In this document: in pieces, positions 26,640 through 39,557 of the stretch
Numbering within the stretch: the stretch's first letter is position 1
How the letters are laid out: each line of letters starts with the position of its first letter
NCBI RefSeq assembly: GCF_009914755.1
Contig: NC_060944.1
Direction: 5' to 3' (one strand)
Length of the DNA: 64,000 nt
DNA from: the human T2T-CHM13v2.0 reference genome, Homo sapiens
The notes under the pieces: generated by a model
Databases searched by the model: none
The model's input: only the letters and a program-made list of their open reading frames with translations
What the model was told of the DNA's origin: nothing
Translations under genes and position numbers: made by a program

Positions 26640-27695
26640 AATCAATAGTGAAAAACTCAACATCCAAAAAACAGGGAATATTATTAAGTAAATCAGTGTA
26701 TATTCATTTGATGGGATATTTTACAACCATTATTAGAAGAGTTTTAATAATCTTTGGAAATTTTAATAATTTTATTACAATATTAAATTAAAAAACAAAA
26801 TAAAACATTGCACAGCCACCATGAATATAATTACACAAAAATGTTACACGTAGGGAAGATTCTGATTCTGGAGGACTCCTGGTTAATAGGGCAAATTCAG
26901 CTGATGTATGAAATTTCCTGGTCCTGTTTCAACATAGAAATCCTGGAAAATTATATATTTAAATACATAGCTAAGCTTGAAGGGGAAATCCTTAGAAGTC
27001 TCAAACAAAGTGTTTATTCAATGCTGGAGGTTAATGTCTCTGTGGGAATGGAAGAATAAAGCCTCAAGTTTGTATGGTGGGTGGGAGCTGGAAATAAGCT
27101 TCCTCCATAAAGTCAGAAACCAGCAATCAGTGAAAGGAGAGCTCAAAAAACTCTCCTGCCTTCCAGGGCCATGGTAAAGAAGCTTTAAAGAAGCTTATTT
27201 ATTAGTTGCCCTGTGAAAGAATCCAAAATGAGAACTCAAAATCCCAACCCTGCATCACATCATGCATGGATGTAGGGTCCTTGGTCACACTATTTATTGA
27301 ATGTGAAACATGGAAACCACAAATTAACCTAGAACTGGTCTGAACTGGAAGAAGCCATTAGGTTCCAGCAGAGGAACATGTAAATCAGCCCTCAAGGAGG
27401 TGTTCCTAATCAAAGGAATTCCCTGAACTCACTGCCAAGTGAGTTTAGAGTCAGAAATTACAATTCCCACAAGGAAGTAAACAACCATGAGAGAGAAAGC
27501 CTATAAAAAGTGACAGAATTTGTTTCCTAAATAACTACAGTTAATAAAACAATCTAAAAGAGACTTTAACACACTATGGTAAAATATCCAAAGTGATGGA
27601 GCCACATATATGTTTTATAATGGAAGTTTATGAAAAAAGAATGAATATAGTTGAAAGAAAAAAAACCTAACAGAAATTCTAGCAATAATACATGA
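26640..27695 (+). mobile_element. Old L1M fragments (3' end, then 5'/ORF1-like remnant)
   Basis: GTATATTCATTTGATGGGATATTTTACAACCATT; later A-rich AACAACCATGAGAGAG...AGAAATTCTAG. Confidence 0.45.
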
Positions 27696-27709
27696 CTAAG
27701 TAAAGTCAT

Positions 27710-28662
27710 TGTTTTAGTTATTTAGTGCTGTGTAACAAATTACCCCAAAACTTAGTGGCTTAAAAAATTCAAACATTTATCATCTTGTGGTTTCTCTGGG
27801 CCAAGAACTTGCAAGCAGCTTAGCTGAGAGAATCCAGCCCAAGTTCACATAAAGTTATAGTCAAGATCTGAGCCAGGGCTGCATCTTGGAAAGCTCTTCT
27901 TCCAAGATGACTCACTTGCATGGCTGGAAAGGTTCTGGTTGTTTGAGACAGGCTTAGGCCTAAGTTCCTTCTCACACAGGCCTGTCCTCAAGCTGCTTGA
28001 TGCCCCCACAGTATGGTGGCCTGCTTCTCTTAGAATGCACAATCCAGATGAGTAAGGCAGAAGAAGTGATGCCTTTTATGACTGAGCCTCAGAAGTCACA
28101 CAACATCACTTCCTCAACTTATTCATTAGAATCAAATCACTAAGCCAGGCCCCCATTCAAGTCAATTAGAATTAGGTTCTGTATTTGTTGTCGCACTGCT
28201 ACCAAGTAATACTTGAGACTGGGTAATTTGTAAAGCAAAGAGGTTTAATTGGCTCACAGTTTATGCAGGCTGTACGGGAAGCATAGTGACTTCTGCTCAG
28301 CTTCCGGGGAGGCCTCAGGAAACTTACAATGATGGCAGAAGGTGAAGGGGAAGCAGGCACATCTTACATGGCTGGAGCAGGAGGAAGAGAGAATGGAGGG
28401 AGGTGCTACACACTTTTAAAACAAGCAGGTCTCGTGATAACTCATTCACTCACTGTCATGAGAACAGCACCAAGGGAATGGTGCTAAACCATTCATGAGA
28501 AATCCATCCCTATGATCCAGTCATCTCCCACCAGGCCCCACCTCCAACATGGGGATTACATTTCAAGATGAGATTGGGTAGAGACACAGATCTAAACCAT
28601 ATCAGTCTCTACCTTTTAACTGAAGAATGTTAAAGGACTTGTGAACACTTAAAAACCAGCAG
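27710..28662 (-). mobile_element. MLT1F-like LTR interrupted by an MST LTR
   Basis: TGCTGTGTAACAAATTACCCCAAAACTTAGTGGCTTAAAA...GCCTCAGAAGTCACACAACATCACTTC. Confidence 0.8.
28180..28604 (-). mobile_element. MSTA-like MaLR solo LTR
   Basis: GAGACTGGGTAATTT...GAGGCCTCAGGAAACTTACAAT...GGTGCTAAACCATTCATGAGA...AAACCATATCA. Confidence 0.88.
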
Positions 28663-28808
28663 CACTACTGAAATAAAAAGATGTTTATTTGTAATAGTAA
28701 TGCTTGTCTCTGGATGGAGAATAAAATGTGATTTATTTCACTCTTTTCTGTTTTTTCTTAAAATTTCTACAGTAAAAAATATTTTAACATTTCTAATGAG
28801 AAATAAGA

Positions 28809-28854
28809 TATATATGTGTATATATATGTATATGTGTATATATATGTATATGTG

Positions 28855-28895
<41 letters not shown>

Positions 28896-28896
28896 G
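28809..28896. repeat. (TATATG)n-type microsatellite
   Basis: Read directly. Confidence 0.95.
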
Positions 28897-28934
28897 GAAA
28901 CTATCCATTAAGGGGCAGAAGTATGGACAGTTTG

Positions 28935-29095
28935 GGGTACGTACTCTGTGCCAGGCAATGCTTGAAGGTATTCATTTATTTAATCACTACCATGATAACT
29001 CTATGAGGTAGACACTATTTTTATCCCTATTTCTAAAGGAGAAATAAGTACAATTGGTAAATAAGCCTGGGAAAGAGCCATGATTCTATCTACAT
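28935..29095 (-). mobile_element. MIR SINE
   Basis: TACTCTGTGCCAGGCA...AACTCTATGAGGTAGACACTATT. Confidence 0.65.
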
Positions 29096-29614
29096 CTGGA
29101 GACTTATGCATACAATTTTCTCATACACTGAGGCTTATAAAACATCTCACAGAATTCAATGAAGTACCCAATATGTAATGATGTCACCTAATTCTGCTTG
29201 CTATTTTCATAAGACTGCTTCCTGTCTTTGCCTTTTGGAATAATAAAGTACTCAGGTGTACTATTGGGATGGTATTAATTACCATCAACCCAACATGAAG
29301 AAGTCTTAGCATTGCCCAAAAGGCATTTAAGAAAGCTTAACACGTTTATAAGGGCTCCCTGGCTGGGTCCAATCTTTCAGAGATTAAACATATTAAAATT
29401 CACAAAAGGATTTGTAATTATTTATTTTTCTAAACAGGCAGAAGAATTAAAAAAACAACAATGCTGCGTTAGATAGGAGTCTCTTTACCTCTTGTTATGT
29501 TCACTACCAAAATGAAGTGTCCTTGTTTTCCTTTTCTCTGCGTCTAATCTCAATGCCATTTGATTGGCATTTAATTTTCACCTGAGGATTAGACAGAAAA
29601 CTGAGATAAATCAC

Positions 29615-29740
29615 TTGCTCATTCAACATACACTTCCTAAGTTTCTACTATGTGCCTGGCATTGTGCTAGGAACTGGATTTACAGAGAAAATCAGACAAA
29701 TACAGTACCTTGTCTCATGGAATTTAGAATCAGGTAAAAT
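29615..29740 (-). mobile_element. L2 3' end
   Basis: CATTCAACA...CTACTATGTGCCTGGCATTGTGCTAGG...TCTCATGGAATTTAGAATC. Confidence 0.7.
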
Positions 29741-31284
29741 ATTAATAAAGGCAATTAATTAGTAGAATAAATGTGAATAAGCAAGACAACACTCTGCTAC
29801 ACAGACCATCCAGAATACACCAGATATACTGTATTGCAGGCTAAGAAGAATGCTATTTGACTTTTAAGCAAGTTGGCATTTCAAAACTAAATATTTGGAG
29901 TAAAATTTTACCCCCTCTTTTTATGCTATTTTGTTTGTGGGTTTTAGGAACTGCATTCCCTTTGTGCTTCTTTCATGATGACTAGAAGACATTCTTACTG
30001 GCATGTGAGAACCTTATATTCTACTAAGAGCAGGATTCACAATATTACATATAGTACAATCTAAAAGCCGTGCAAAAAGTGCACACACAAAGGCCATTTA
30101 GGAACACACCAAAATATTTAAAATTGTTATTTTGGGGTGACACTATTTGTCATGCTTTAAATTTTTTTTCTTCTCCATTGTTTTCTGTGTTTTAAAAATG
30201 TTTTTAACGAACCCTATACATTTTGTCTTCTTTTTTATAAAAATAATTGCATTGTTAGATAGATGCAAAGTGACACGGTTGTGGTTCTACCTTTTGAATA
30301 AAAATTTTGGTTGGAGAACAAATGCATGTTCTAAGGATGATTTCCAACTTTCATCCCTGATCCCAGGGCATTGGACATGACAGAATCAATGGCATATTGC
30401 ACATTGCACTGAATTTTAACATAGAAGAGAAGTTGGGCCAATGCAAAGGTGATTGCAGAGGGGTAAGAGAGAATGAGAGGATCTGAGAGAGAATGGTTCA
30501 ATGTTTGACATATTGAAAGACCATCGTGTGAGTTCAGAGAGTGGTCATGATATGGGGAGAAGTTTGGAGAGGGAGCTTAATAAATAAGTAATGGCCACTG
30601 AGGGTTTAGATAGTTCCATATTTAAAGAGATATTTATGAACTATTGCAAGACTTGTAGTGGCTCTCCACTTTTCTCTTCCCCTCTCATTACAGTCGAAGG
30701 GAAGAAATGAGGTCTAAAGAAAACTGCAGACATACTTAGAGCCACAGACGACCTGTTCATTAAAAGTGAATGTAAGAGTTAGCACAAGTTTATACTGAAA
30801 ATTTTATTTTTATCTCTTCCTCTGATAACTGCTTCTGAAAAGTATCCAAAATGGGTGCAGCTAAATGCAATACCTCCTGTCACAGAGTGCCTTTGATATA
30901 GAAGTTGTGTTAGGCATTTAGATGAGATTCCACACACCCAAACACTAAATCCTTCTCTGTTTCAGCGTTCCAAGTTGTTTATTAAAGAGACAAGGGGTAA
31001 ATGCAGCATCCTGCTACTACCATATTTGCATGTTTTGTTTCACTTTTTTATTTCTAAATTAAGGCTTGTTGACAGCCACCCTGAAGATTATTGCTGTGCA
31101 CAATTATTCAATCCCACTATTTCTGCATTCATGCGTTATCTGAGACATCCCAGAATGCAATCTACAAACATACATGAGAATCTGGGAGTGTGCACAAAAA
31201 CACAAATTTGTACACACATTGTTTGTGTGAGATGAGATTATATTGCCGAATATTAAGAATATAATGTCAAAGTGAAAGAGAACC

Positions 31285-31862
31285 AGCTTCACTTAAATTC
31301 TCCTTTCCTTACTAGTTCTGTCATATTGTGCAAGGAACTTATCCTCAACAAGCCTCAGTTTCCCCACCCATAGAATGCAAATAGTGATTACTTCCACATC
31401 GAATTGTTGTCAGGAATAAATTAGATAAGTGATATGGTTTGGCTATGTCCCCACCCATATCTCATCTTGAATTGTAGTTCCTATAATCCCCATGTGTCAT
31501 GGGTGGGACCCAGTGGGAGGTAATTGAATCATGGGAGTGGTTTCCCCCATGCTGTTCTCGTGATAGTGAGTGAGTTCTCATGAGAGCTGATGGTTTTATA
31601 AGCGTCTGGCATTTCTCCTGCTGGCACTCATTCTCTCTCCTGCCACCCTGTGAAGAGGTGCCTTCCACCACAATTATAAGTTTCCTGAGGCCTCCCCAGC
31701 CCTGTGGAACTATGAGTCAATTAAACCTCTTTTCTTTATAAATTACCCAGTCTCTGGTATTTCTTCATAGCAGCATGAGAATGGACTAATACAATAGGCT
31801 ATGTAAATAATCTGGAATTTTACCTGGCACACAGTAAACATTCAATAAATTTGTCTATTATT
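31285..31862 (+). mobile_element. MIR SINE split by a THE1 LTR
   Basis: AAGCCTCAGTTTCCCCACC before; CCTGGCACACAGTAAACATTCAATAAAT after. Confidence 0.75.
31430..31793 (+). mobile_element. THE1 (C/D-like) solo LTR
   Basis: TGATATGGTTTGGCT...ATTAAACCTCTTTTCTTTATAAATTACCCAGTCTC...GGACTAATACA; TSD ATAAG/ATAGG. Confidence 0.92.
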
Positions 31863-33194
31863 ACAATTGACTTTATGTAAATATACATCAACACAAACAA
31901 ATGTTGATGATTATGAAAATAGTAGTATGATCTGCATTTTAAGTGTATTCTGTTATATCTGCATTCTGATTCCCAAACAAGTAGATTGCTTATCATTATT
32001 TATCATGAATTCTCTCCCCACATTGCTTTGAACCCATTTTATAGGATGAGAATGGTCTTTTCCATTTCCCTGTCACATGATTCAGACTCCATGATGGGGA
32101 AGGCAAGTGGAGTCCAGGATGAAGATGACTCTTTGTTATATTTGACAACCTTTCTTCATTTCCTTAAGAAGGGAAGGATTTACTTAAAACAGGTGTGCAA
32201 GCATCCATCTCTGCCCCAGCCTATCACGGTGGATGCAGCCGTAATCCCTCTTCCTGGGCGTTGGAGACACTTGTATTTCATGATCAGTTATCTGCAGACA
32301 GGTGTCTTAGAAAAGTGCCTTGGCTTGAAATTGTCTGTTCCATCATCCTGTCCATGGAATGGTACACAAAACGATTGTTGAAGGGGCACACACACTTTTC
32401 TTTAAGTAAATTAGGTTTTCTTTGAAAGGTGTTCTCAGTCTTCCCCATGACAGGTGTGACTCCCGAAAGACATAAAGTCCTCAGAGATAAGTAGGTTCAT
32501 TCAATGATAAATGTGCTTCACCCTCTGAGCATCTGCTGGACCACCTGTGGGTGACATTTCCTTGAGTCCAAGTTTGGCAGAATGAAGAATATCAGTGCCC
32601 TCCATGCCCACTCCACCACCCCACCATATCAATGTCCCAGGCTTGCTAAGGATTAGGTGGTACTGCATTGGGAAAATCAGGACATCTTTCTTGCAATGAT
32701 AATTTTAAAGGCAAATTGTTTCATCTACAGAATCTGATAATGATAAAATATGACTTGAACCCCTGGAGAGATTTCTAGGCCAAATCAACTTCCACTGACA
32801 GTCAACTATAGCTCTCAATCTATTTGCAGACTCAGTTCAATACATGCAGTTATACTGAAAAGCTCACTTACAACTTAGGGAAGTCTTATCAGGGGCAAGG
32901 ATGCTATTATGGGTCCCAAATTTCAATTTAGACACTCTGACATTTTTGCTAGAATTGTATGAAAATTTTCACTTACTGCATACATGTAAATGGGCAAGAA
33001 GACAAGAGCTCAAGCAATGACAGGAATAATTTGGTGAACAAAAGTTCTTAGAAGGAAGACTTTGACATCAGACAGAAATGTGTGGAATTAGGACAAGGTG
33101 AAATAAGTGAACAAAGTGATTTCACTATAAGTTGAAAGGGGTAAGGAGGAGGTGATATTCAGGAGTAGGATACTAATGGGTGTAAATTATAAGA

Positions 33195-33695
33195 GAGAGC
33201 ATTTATTGGTCGCTTTCAATGTGCTATATTCTGTGCTAAGTGCTTATACATACCTGATCTTGTTTAATAATCACAAGGCCCTATGACAGAAACAGCATAG
33301 CGTAATGGTTGGAGCACAAGCTCTAAGGCAGCCTAAGTTTGCATCCTGACATTACAACTTACTAGCTGCATCAGCCTCAAAAATCTGTTAAATCTGTTAA
33401 CATCTCTAAACTTTGGTTTTTGCTTGTAAAAAAATAGTGTCTGCACCTCACAGAGATTTTGAAAAGATTATATAAAACAATGCCGAAAAAGAAACCACGT
33501 ATCTTGGCTTACAATAAATTCTCCATACTGTAAATGCTAACTTTGTCATGAAATCATTATCACAATTTTACATTTGAAGAAACTGAAGCTTGGGGAAGTT
33601 AAGTAACTTGTTTAAGGCTGCACAGCTAATAAGTGGCGGAGCCAGGGCTTGAACCCGGACCTGTGTCATGCTAAAGCCTACGTATTTAATCCCAT
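33195..33695 (-). mobile_element. MIR(-) with a MIR(+) nested at about 33292-33548
   Basis: Minus MIR tail 33195-33290 and core 33552-33695 flank a plus MIR starting ACAGCATAGCGTAATGGTT. Confidence 0.7.
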
Positions 33696-35046
33696 GTAAC
33701 TAAGGGCTGAAGGTACAGAAGGAAGGTATGATTAGTTCTTTGCTTCTGTATCTTAAAACTTGCCAGCCTGAATGAATGTGCTTCCATCAATCAATGGGTT
33801 AATAGATAGATAAAAAGACTAACAACAAATGCAATAAATCTCACATTAAGTTTTGAGATTTTAACATTTAGGTTATCCTTATTGGTAGTCCTGTAACAGA
33901 TTCTGTTTTCTTTGACATCAATACCAGGTTGATTTGCAAACTCTGAAAGGCATGATTAGTATAATGTGATTCTACAACTTGAGGAATAAAAACAGCCACA
34001 CCTCTTTTATTAGTTCCACTTAATTACTCGAGCTCCCATAAACACTCATAAGCGGAAATGTTAATATATTTCTCTTGCCATTTTTCCCTGACCTCATGCC
34101 CAGCTCTCATGCCCACATGGATTGGTCCTGAATCTCAGGGGTTGCATTCATTTTGTAGAGTCACCTTTGCTTCAAAAGCTGGTCAGAGGGAGAATTGGTG
34201 GGTTGAGAGGTCTGGAAACTGACTGCAGGTCCCAGCTGCTGCTGTTTCTGGTGCTTCCACCCAGTGTCACTGTTGAGAACGGGTCGCATGCAGCCTCTGC
34301 TGCTTTGCCCACCCCATCAAGGATGCCTTTTGCTGCTTAAATCCTAGCTCCCACCAGAGTGGTAGCTTAAACGTAAAATCCAATAGTTTAAGCCCCACTA
34401 GGTTTTACTTGTGTGCTCAACAATTTCTGGAAAGTATGCCATTCTGTGTTGGAATGGCAGGATCTAAAGTCTCTCCAGCCCTAGTCACATGGGATATGTC
34501 CTAGACAGGTCTCTCCAACAGATCTTTAGGGACTGATGTTGACTCTGGATCACCTACTGAAATGCTCTTTGGGGCCTGTCAAGAGAACTTACATGGGAAT
34601 ACCTCAGTCAGAGATGGTCTAATAATAATGAGCCTCAAAAGGAAATAAGTCAGGAACCATTTCTTTGCATCAGGCTCCCTGTGCCCTATGTAAATTGACC
34701 ATCTCTTGAGCAATGCCCAACTCTGATGGCCACTACAGATCAAACTCCTGCAATATCTTCTTGAGGCAAATGAGTACCTGTTGGACTTCTTTTGTGTGGC
34801 TAAACAGTGCTCCTCCCGGCAGTTCGTTTACCACCTAGCCCCCTCTAGCTCATGTGGTTGCCTCTCTAGCTTCCTCAAACACAATCCCAGACCTTTCCAG
34901 ATGCCATCGCCTGTGCACAACCCCAGGATTATTAGTTTGAACAAACTATGCTGTTTCTGAGGATATTTTCCTCTGGTTATTTCTTGGCTAAAACAGTGTA
35001 CCCTTGCCACATGGCTGGAATACTCCTCCCAGCTCTTAGCGTACAT

Positions 35047-35147
35047 CAGGGCCTCTCAACTGTGGCACTACTGGCGTTTGGGTCTGGGTAATTCTCTGTG
35101 GTGAGGGCTGTCTTGTACACTGTAGGATGTTTAGCAGCCTCCCAGGG
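35047..35147 (-). mobile_element. MER20 3' half (part of an inverted duplication)
   Basis: CAGGGCCTCTCAACTGTGGCACTA...TGTAGGATGTTTAGCAGC. Confidence 0.85.
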
Positions 35148-35768
35148 TGAAGAAAGTCCACAAATATTCCTCTGTGTCTTCATAGGCAGAGTCACTGCTA
35201 GTAGCTTCTCAGGCAGGAAAAATAAAGGCATCCCCATGCTGTCACTTTTTTTATGTGACTATTCATATTTTCCAAACCAAAAGTCAAGGTCCAGAGTGTG
35301 ACAAATGGGACTTAATCTCTGAAACCGTTGAGTACTGAAATCAGAGCTGCTTAGTCATAAGAAAGAGTGTTTTTCAAGTCCATGTGACCCATCACTGATA
35401 GCATAACAGGAAGGAATAGTGGCCTTGTGCCTTTCTTCCCCAAAGCCATTTGTTCATGAGACTGGATCCAAGAAACTCATTTCTGATGAGGCATAATTGA
35501 GAGTTGCCCTTATAGTGGATTGTTAGAGGCTGAAGCATTTATTCAAATGCTATTTATTCAAATAAAATGTATAGTTGCCTCTACTCCCATGCTGCTTTTA
35601 ATCTAGATACTGAGTAGAAAAACAAATAAAACAAACCCTGCACCACACAGTGTATGAAATGCACAGGGCGCCACAGCAGGGCATAAGGGAAGAATGGTTA
35701 GAGTAATCAGGGCAGGCCTCACTGAGGATGGGACATTGAAGTTGAAGATAGTGAAGAGATAGTTAGAT

Positions 35769-35987
35769 CAGCGGTTCTCAGCTGAGGGTGATTTTACCCA
35801 CTACAGGACCCTTGGCAATGTCTGGAGACACTTTGCGTTGTCACACTGAAAGGTAAGGGAGGTGCCTCTGGCATCTAGTGAGTACAGCCCAGGGATGCTG
35901 TTAAACATCCTACAATATAGAGGACAGCTTCCACCACAGAAATGACCCAGGCCCAAATATCGATAGTGCCACAGTTGGGAGACTCTG
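35769..35987 (+). mobile_element. MER20, full length
   Basis: CAGCGGTTCTCA...TTGGCAATGTCTGGAGACA...GGCATCTAGTG...GTTGGGAGACTCTG. Confidence 0.9.
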
Positions 35988-37631
35988 ATGTAGGCTAAGA
36001 GCTGGGAGGAGTATTCCAGCCATGTGACAAGAATAGGCTGTTTAGCCAAGAAATAGCCAGACGGAAATATTATCAGAAAAAGTACAATTTTTTTTCAAAC
36101 TGATAATCCTGAGGTTGTCTTTGAAGAGAGGTGAAGTTAAGTTTCCCAAAGCAAGAGAGACAATTGCGTGGACCTTGAAACCCTAAGTGGTGAAAGAAAG
36201 GAGTGAAGCAACCAGGTGTGTGCAAGAGAAATCGTGTTAAAACTGAAGAGAGTCACCAGCTCTGAGGTTCTGCCTGTCATGACTGTGAAGAAAGGTCTAT
36301 TTAGAGTTGCTAAACACTCTAAGTCTTAAAGAAAACTTGCATCTTGAAATTTTACATCTTGGCAAATCCTTTATTTTAATCGCTTTTAACACTGTGCAGG
36401 CTAAGAAAAGAAAAAAATATTTGCAGATGAAATTTTGGCCCGCAGAGATTAAATTTGCAACATCTGGGTCAAAGACACAGGGGACTGACCGACTTCCTCA
36501 TCTATAAAGAGAGGTGCTTGGACAATGTGCTTTCTCAAGTCTTTTCCAATTCCACACCCCATGACTGTGGAAAAGCAGAACATCCAGGTAGTTGACATGC
36601 CACATTTTTATGATAGGGAGGTCCTTTCCTTCCACCCCAGATCTTTCACTCTATGTTTCTCTACATCTTCGAAACCCAAGCAATAGTCAAGTCCTAATCG
36701 TGCCATCAGCAGGACTCACTTAAACAAGATGGAAGAGAAAGACAAAAATTCTCCTTAATCCCAGTTGATATGTGACTTTGCTTAGCACTTTGAATATTAT
36801 TAAGTGTTTGAATTTCTTCCTGTGTCTTTTTCACCGAGATGACTGTCTTTCTGTTTCGTTGACAGCCTCTGCAGGACCAAATTGACAGCTCTTTAAAGGC
36901 GGCTGACGAAAAGCAGCATTAATTAAGTCATTGCCGGACTGTAATTGTGTTAAGAAGTAAAAATCTAATACGAGAAAAGGTTAGTGAGTCCTCTCTTGTG
37001 TCAGATTTTCTACTCCCTATGAATATTAATGTCCTTAATGAAGACAATCTTTGCCCCATCAAGCCGTTGTTCTGCATTCAGGTGCCAAATGCCTGTGCCA
37101 TTGATTTGTTTTTAAAGAACAAATATGTCAGGAGAGAGTGACTGTCCTGTTTCTTATCAACATCATAGAGGATGCTTTTGTATTCCCAGGAAGAGTTTAT
37201 AGATTTTGTGTGCATGTACAAGCTCTTGTGAAGGGAGGGGGGAGAAAGTCATGTGCAGGCAGGGTAAATGAGTTATGGTAATTTAATATTAGTGTTGTGT
37301 TTGATCTCATTAGCTCCTTTTCTGTGTGTGTGAGCAATATTCATATATAAGTGAGGTTACAATCAGCAGTTTTAATAAAATAGGAATTCTCTCCAGAAAA
37401 AGAGAGGCCTGCGGTTTAAGCATTGAAATGGGGTCCATGAGAGAATCAAATTCTCCTCTGCTGATGGTCCTCTTCTTACTCTGATGGAGCTGATGAAGAA
37501 TGGGTCTTAAATAGGTTGGAGGCCTTGTTCTCTTTCTCTCTCTATCTCAGTATTTACTCCTACCTCCTACAATCAAAGACAAAATCTCACCTCTCTTCTT
37601 CCGAATTCTTGACCAAAAATGAAGTAACCCT

Positions 37632-38043
37632 ACATATATATTATATATATTTACATATGTATGCATGTATTATATATACATGTATACATACAAATATATA
37701 CATATATACAAATATATGTATATTTATATATACATATATTTGTACATATATATCTATATGTATGTATGTATAATCCAAGTTATACAGGTATGTATGTATA
37801 ACTGAAGTTATATATGTATGTATATACATAATACATATATATTTATATATGTATGTATAACCCAAGTTATACAAGTATGTATGTATAACCCAAGTTATAC
37901 AAGTATGTATGTATAACCCAAGTTATACAAGTATGTACGTATAACCCAAGTTATACATGTATGTACATATACATATATGTACCAAGTTATACATATATAC
38001 ATATATATGTGTGTGTATACATACATACACACACATACATATA
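37632..38043. repeat. TA/TATG-rich tract containing a 28-bp minisatellite
   Basis: CCCAAG recurs at 37861, 37889, 37917 and 37945 (period 28). Confidence 0.95.
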
Positions 38044-38174
38044 ACTTGGGTTTCTGTGTTCCAGAAAGTCCAAAGTACCCTGCTTCTGGACATAAAGTCA
38101 CCATTGTCAATTTTTTGGTTGGTGAGAGCTTGATGGTGAGTCAGTAAGCTGAATTATGTGCCAATTTACATAAC

Positions 38175-38440
38175 TGATTTAGTTAGAATTAATTTGGGCT
38201 GAAGTAACAGGGCAACTCCAGAAGTGTAGCTTCATCATGAGAGCCATTGCTTCATACATAAGTCCTAGCTGGTGTGGTTGTTCTGTGATGGTCAAAGGCT
38301 CCAGGCTCCCTCCAACTTTCCACTCATCATCTCTAATGTGGCTCTTGTCCTCATTGGCCAAGATGGTTGTTGGGGCTCCAGCCATCACATTCACCCTCAG
38401 AGCAGTAAGTGGCAGCCTCACATCTCAAAGGAAGGAAGGA
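38175..38440 (-). mobile_element. Old MLT1-like LTR fragment
   Basis: GGGCTGAAGTAACAG...CAAGATGGTTGTTGGGGCTCCAGCCATCACATTCAC. Confidence 0.55.
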
Positions 38441-38738
38441 GGCCAAAAAATTTACTGCCAAAACACATGTGCTAGATGATTCACCTATATTATTTTATTT
38501 TATTGTTATGTCCCTATATGATGTGTCACTATCTAGGTTAGTTTACTATTGCTATATAAAAGCTAACACATGCTTAGTAGCTTAAAAAAACACAAACATT
38601 ATCTCACAATTCCCATGAGTCAGGAGTCAGGGTATGGATTAGCTAGTCCTCTGCTTGGGGCCTCCCGAGGCTGAAAACAAGTATTGGTGGAGGCTATGAT
38701 TCTCATCTGAATCTCTGGTCTGCTTCCACACTCATTGG

Positions 38739-39045
38739 TTATTTACTTATTTTAGAGACAGGGTCTCACTTTGTCACCTGGCTGGAGTGCAGTGGCTTGA
38801 TCACAGCTCATTGCAGTCTTGGACTCCTGGGCTCAAGCAATGCCCCCCACCTCAGCCTCCTGAGTAACTAGGACTACAGGCATTTGCCACCACACCTGGC
38901 TACATTTTTTTTTTTTTTTTTTTTTTGGTAGAGACAGGTCTTGCTCTGTTTCCCAGGCTGTTCTTGAACACCTGGTCTCAAGCTATCCTCCTGCCTTGCC
39001 CTCCCAAAGTGCTGGGATTACAGGTGTAAGCCACCATACTTGGCC
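38739..39045 (-). mobile_element. AluJ-like SINE
   Basis: GAGACAGGGTCTCAC, CTCCTGGGCTCAAGC; long poly-T middle linker. Confidence 0.9.
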
Positions 39046-39250
39046 TCTCGCTGGTGTTTGACATAGTTCATTTGCTTGTGGATGTATGATTGACACCCTT
39101 TTTTATGCTAGCTGTCAGCCAGAGACTGTTGTTACCTTCTAGAGGTCACATACAGTTTCTAGTCATGTGGCCCTAGAAGCAGCTCATAGCACATCAGTGT
39201 GCTTTCTCCCCTAGGCCAGCAGGAGCTCATCCCTCTGATGTTCCATCTCC

Positions 39251-39557
39251 TTTTTTTTTTTTTTTTTTTTTTTTTTGCGACGGATTCTTGCTCTGTCACC
39301 CAGGCTGGAGCAGTGGTGCAATCTCTGCTCACTGCAACCTCTACCTCCTGGGTTCAAGCGATTCTCCTGCCTCAGCCTCCTGAGTAGCTGGGATTATAGG
39401 CGTGCACCACCACACCAGGCCAATTTTTGTATTTTTTAGTAGAGACGGGGTTTCACCAAGTTGGCCAGTCTAATCTCCAACTCCTGACCTCAAGTGATCC
39501 ACCCGCCTCGGCCTCCCAAAGTGCTGGGATTACAGGCCTGAGCCACCTTGCCCAGCC
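39251..39557 (-). mobile_element. AluSx-like SINE
   Basis: T26 tail; GACCTCAAGTGATCC; TSD-like TCCATCT(C/T)CTTT. Confidence 0.92.

Noticed and set aside
31986-32381. 131-aa ORF in unique sequence
   Set aside because: Non-ATG start, no recognisable domain and no supporting exon structure.
34060-34520. Possible ERVL-type LTR remnant
   Set aside because: Only a vague resemblance; I cannot define termini or family.
37851-37962. 28-bp palindromic repeats resembling a CRISPR array
   Set aside because: Head-to-tail with no unique spacers, no cas genes, and primate context.
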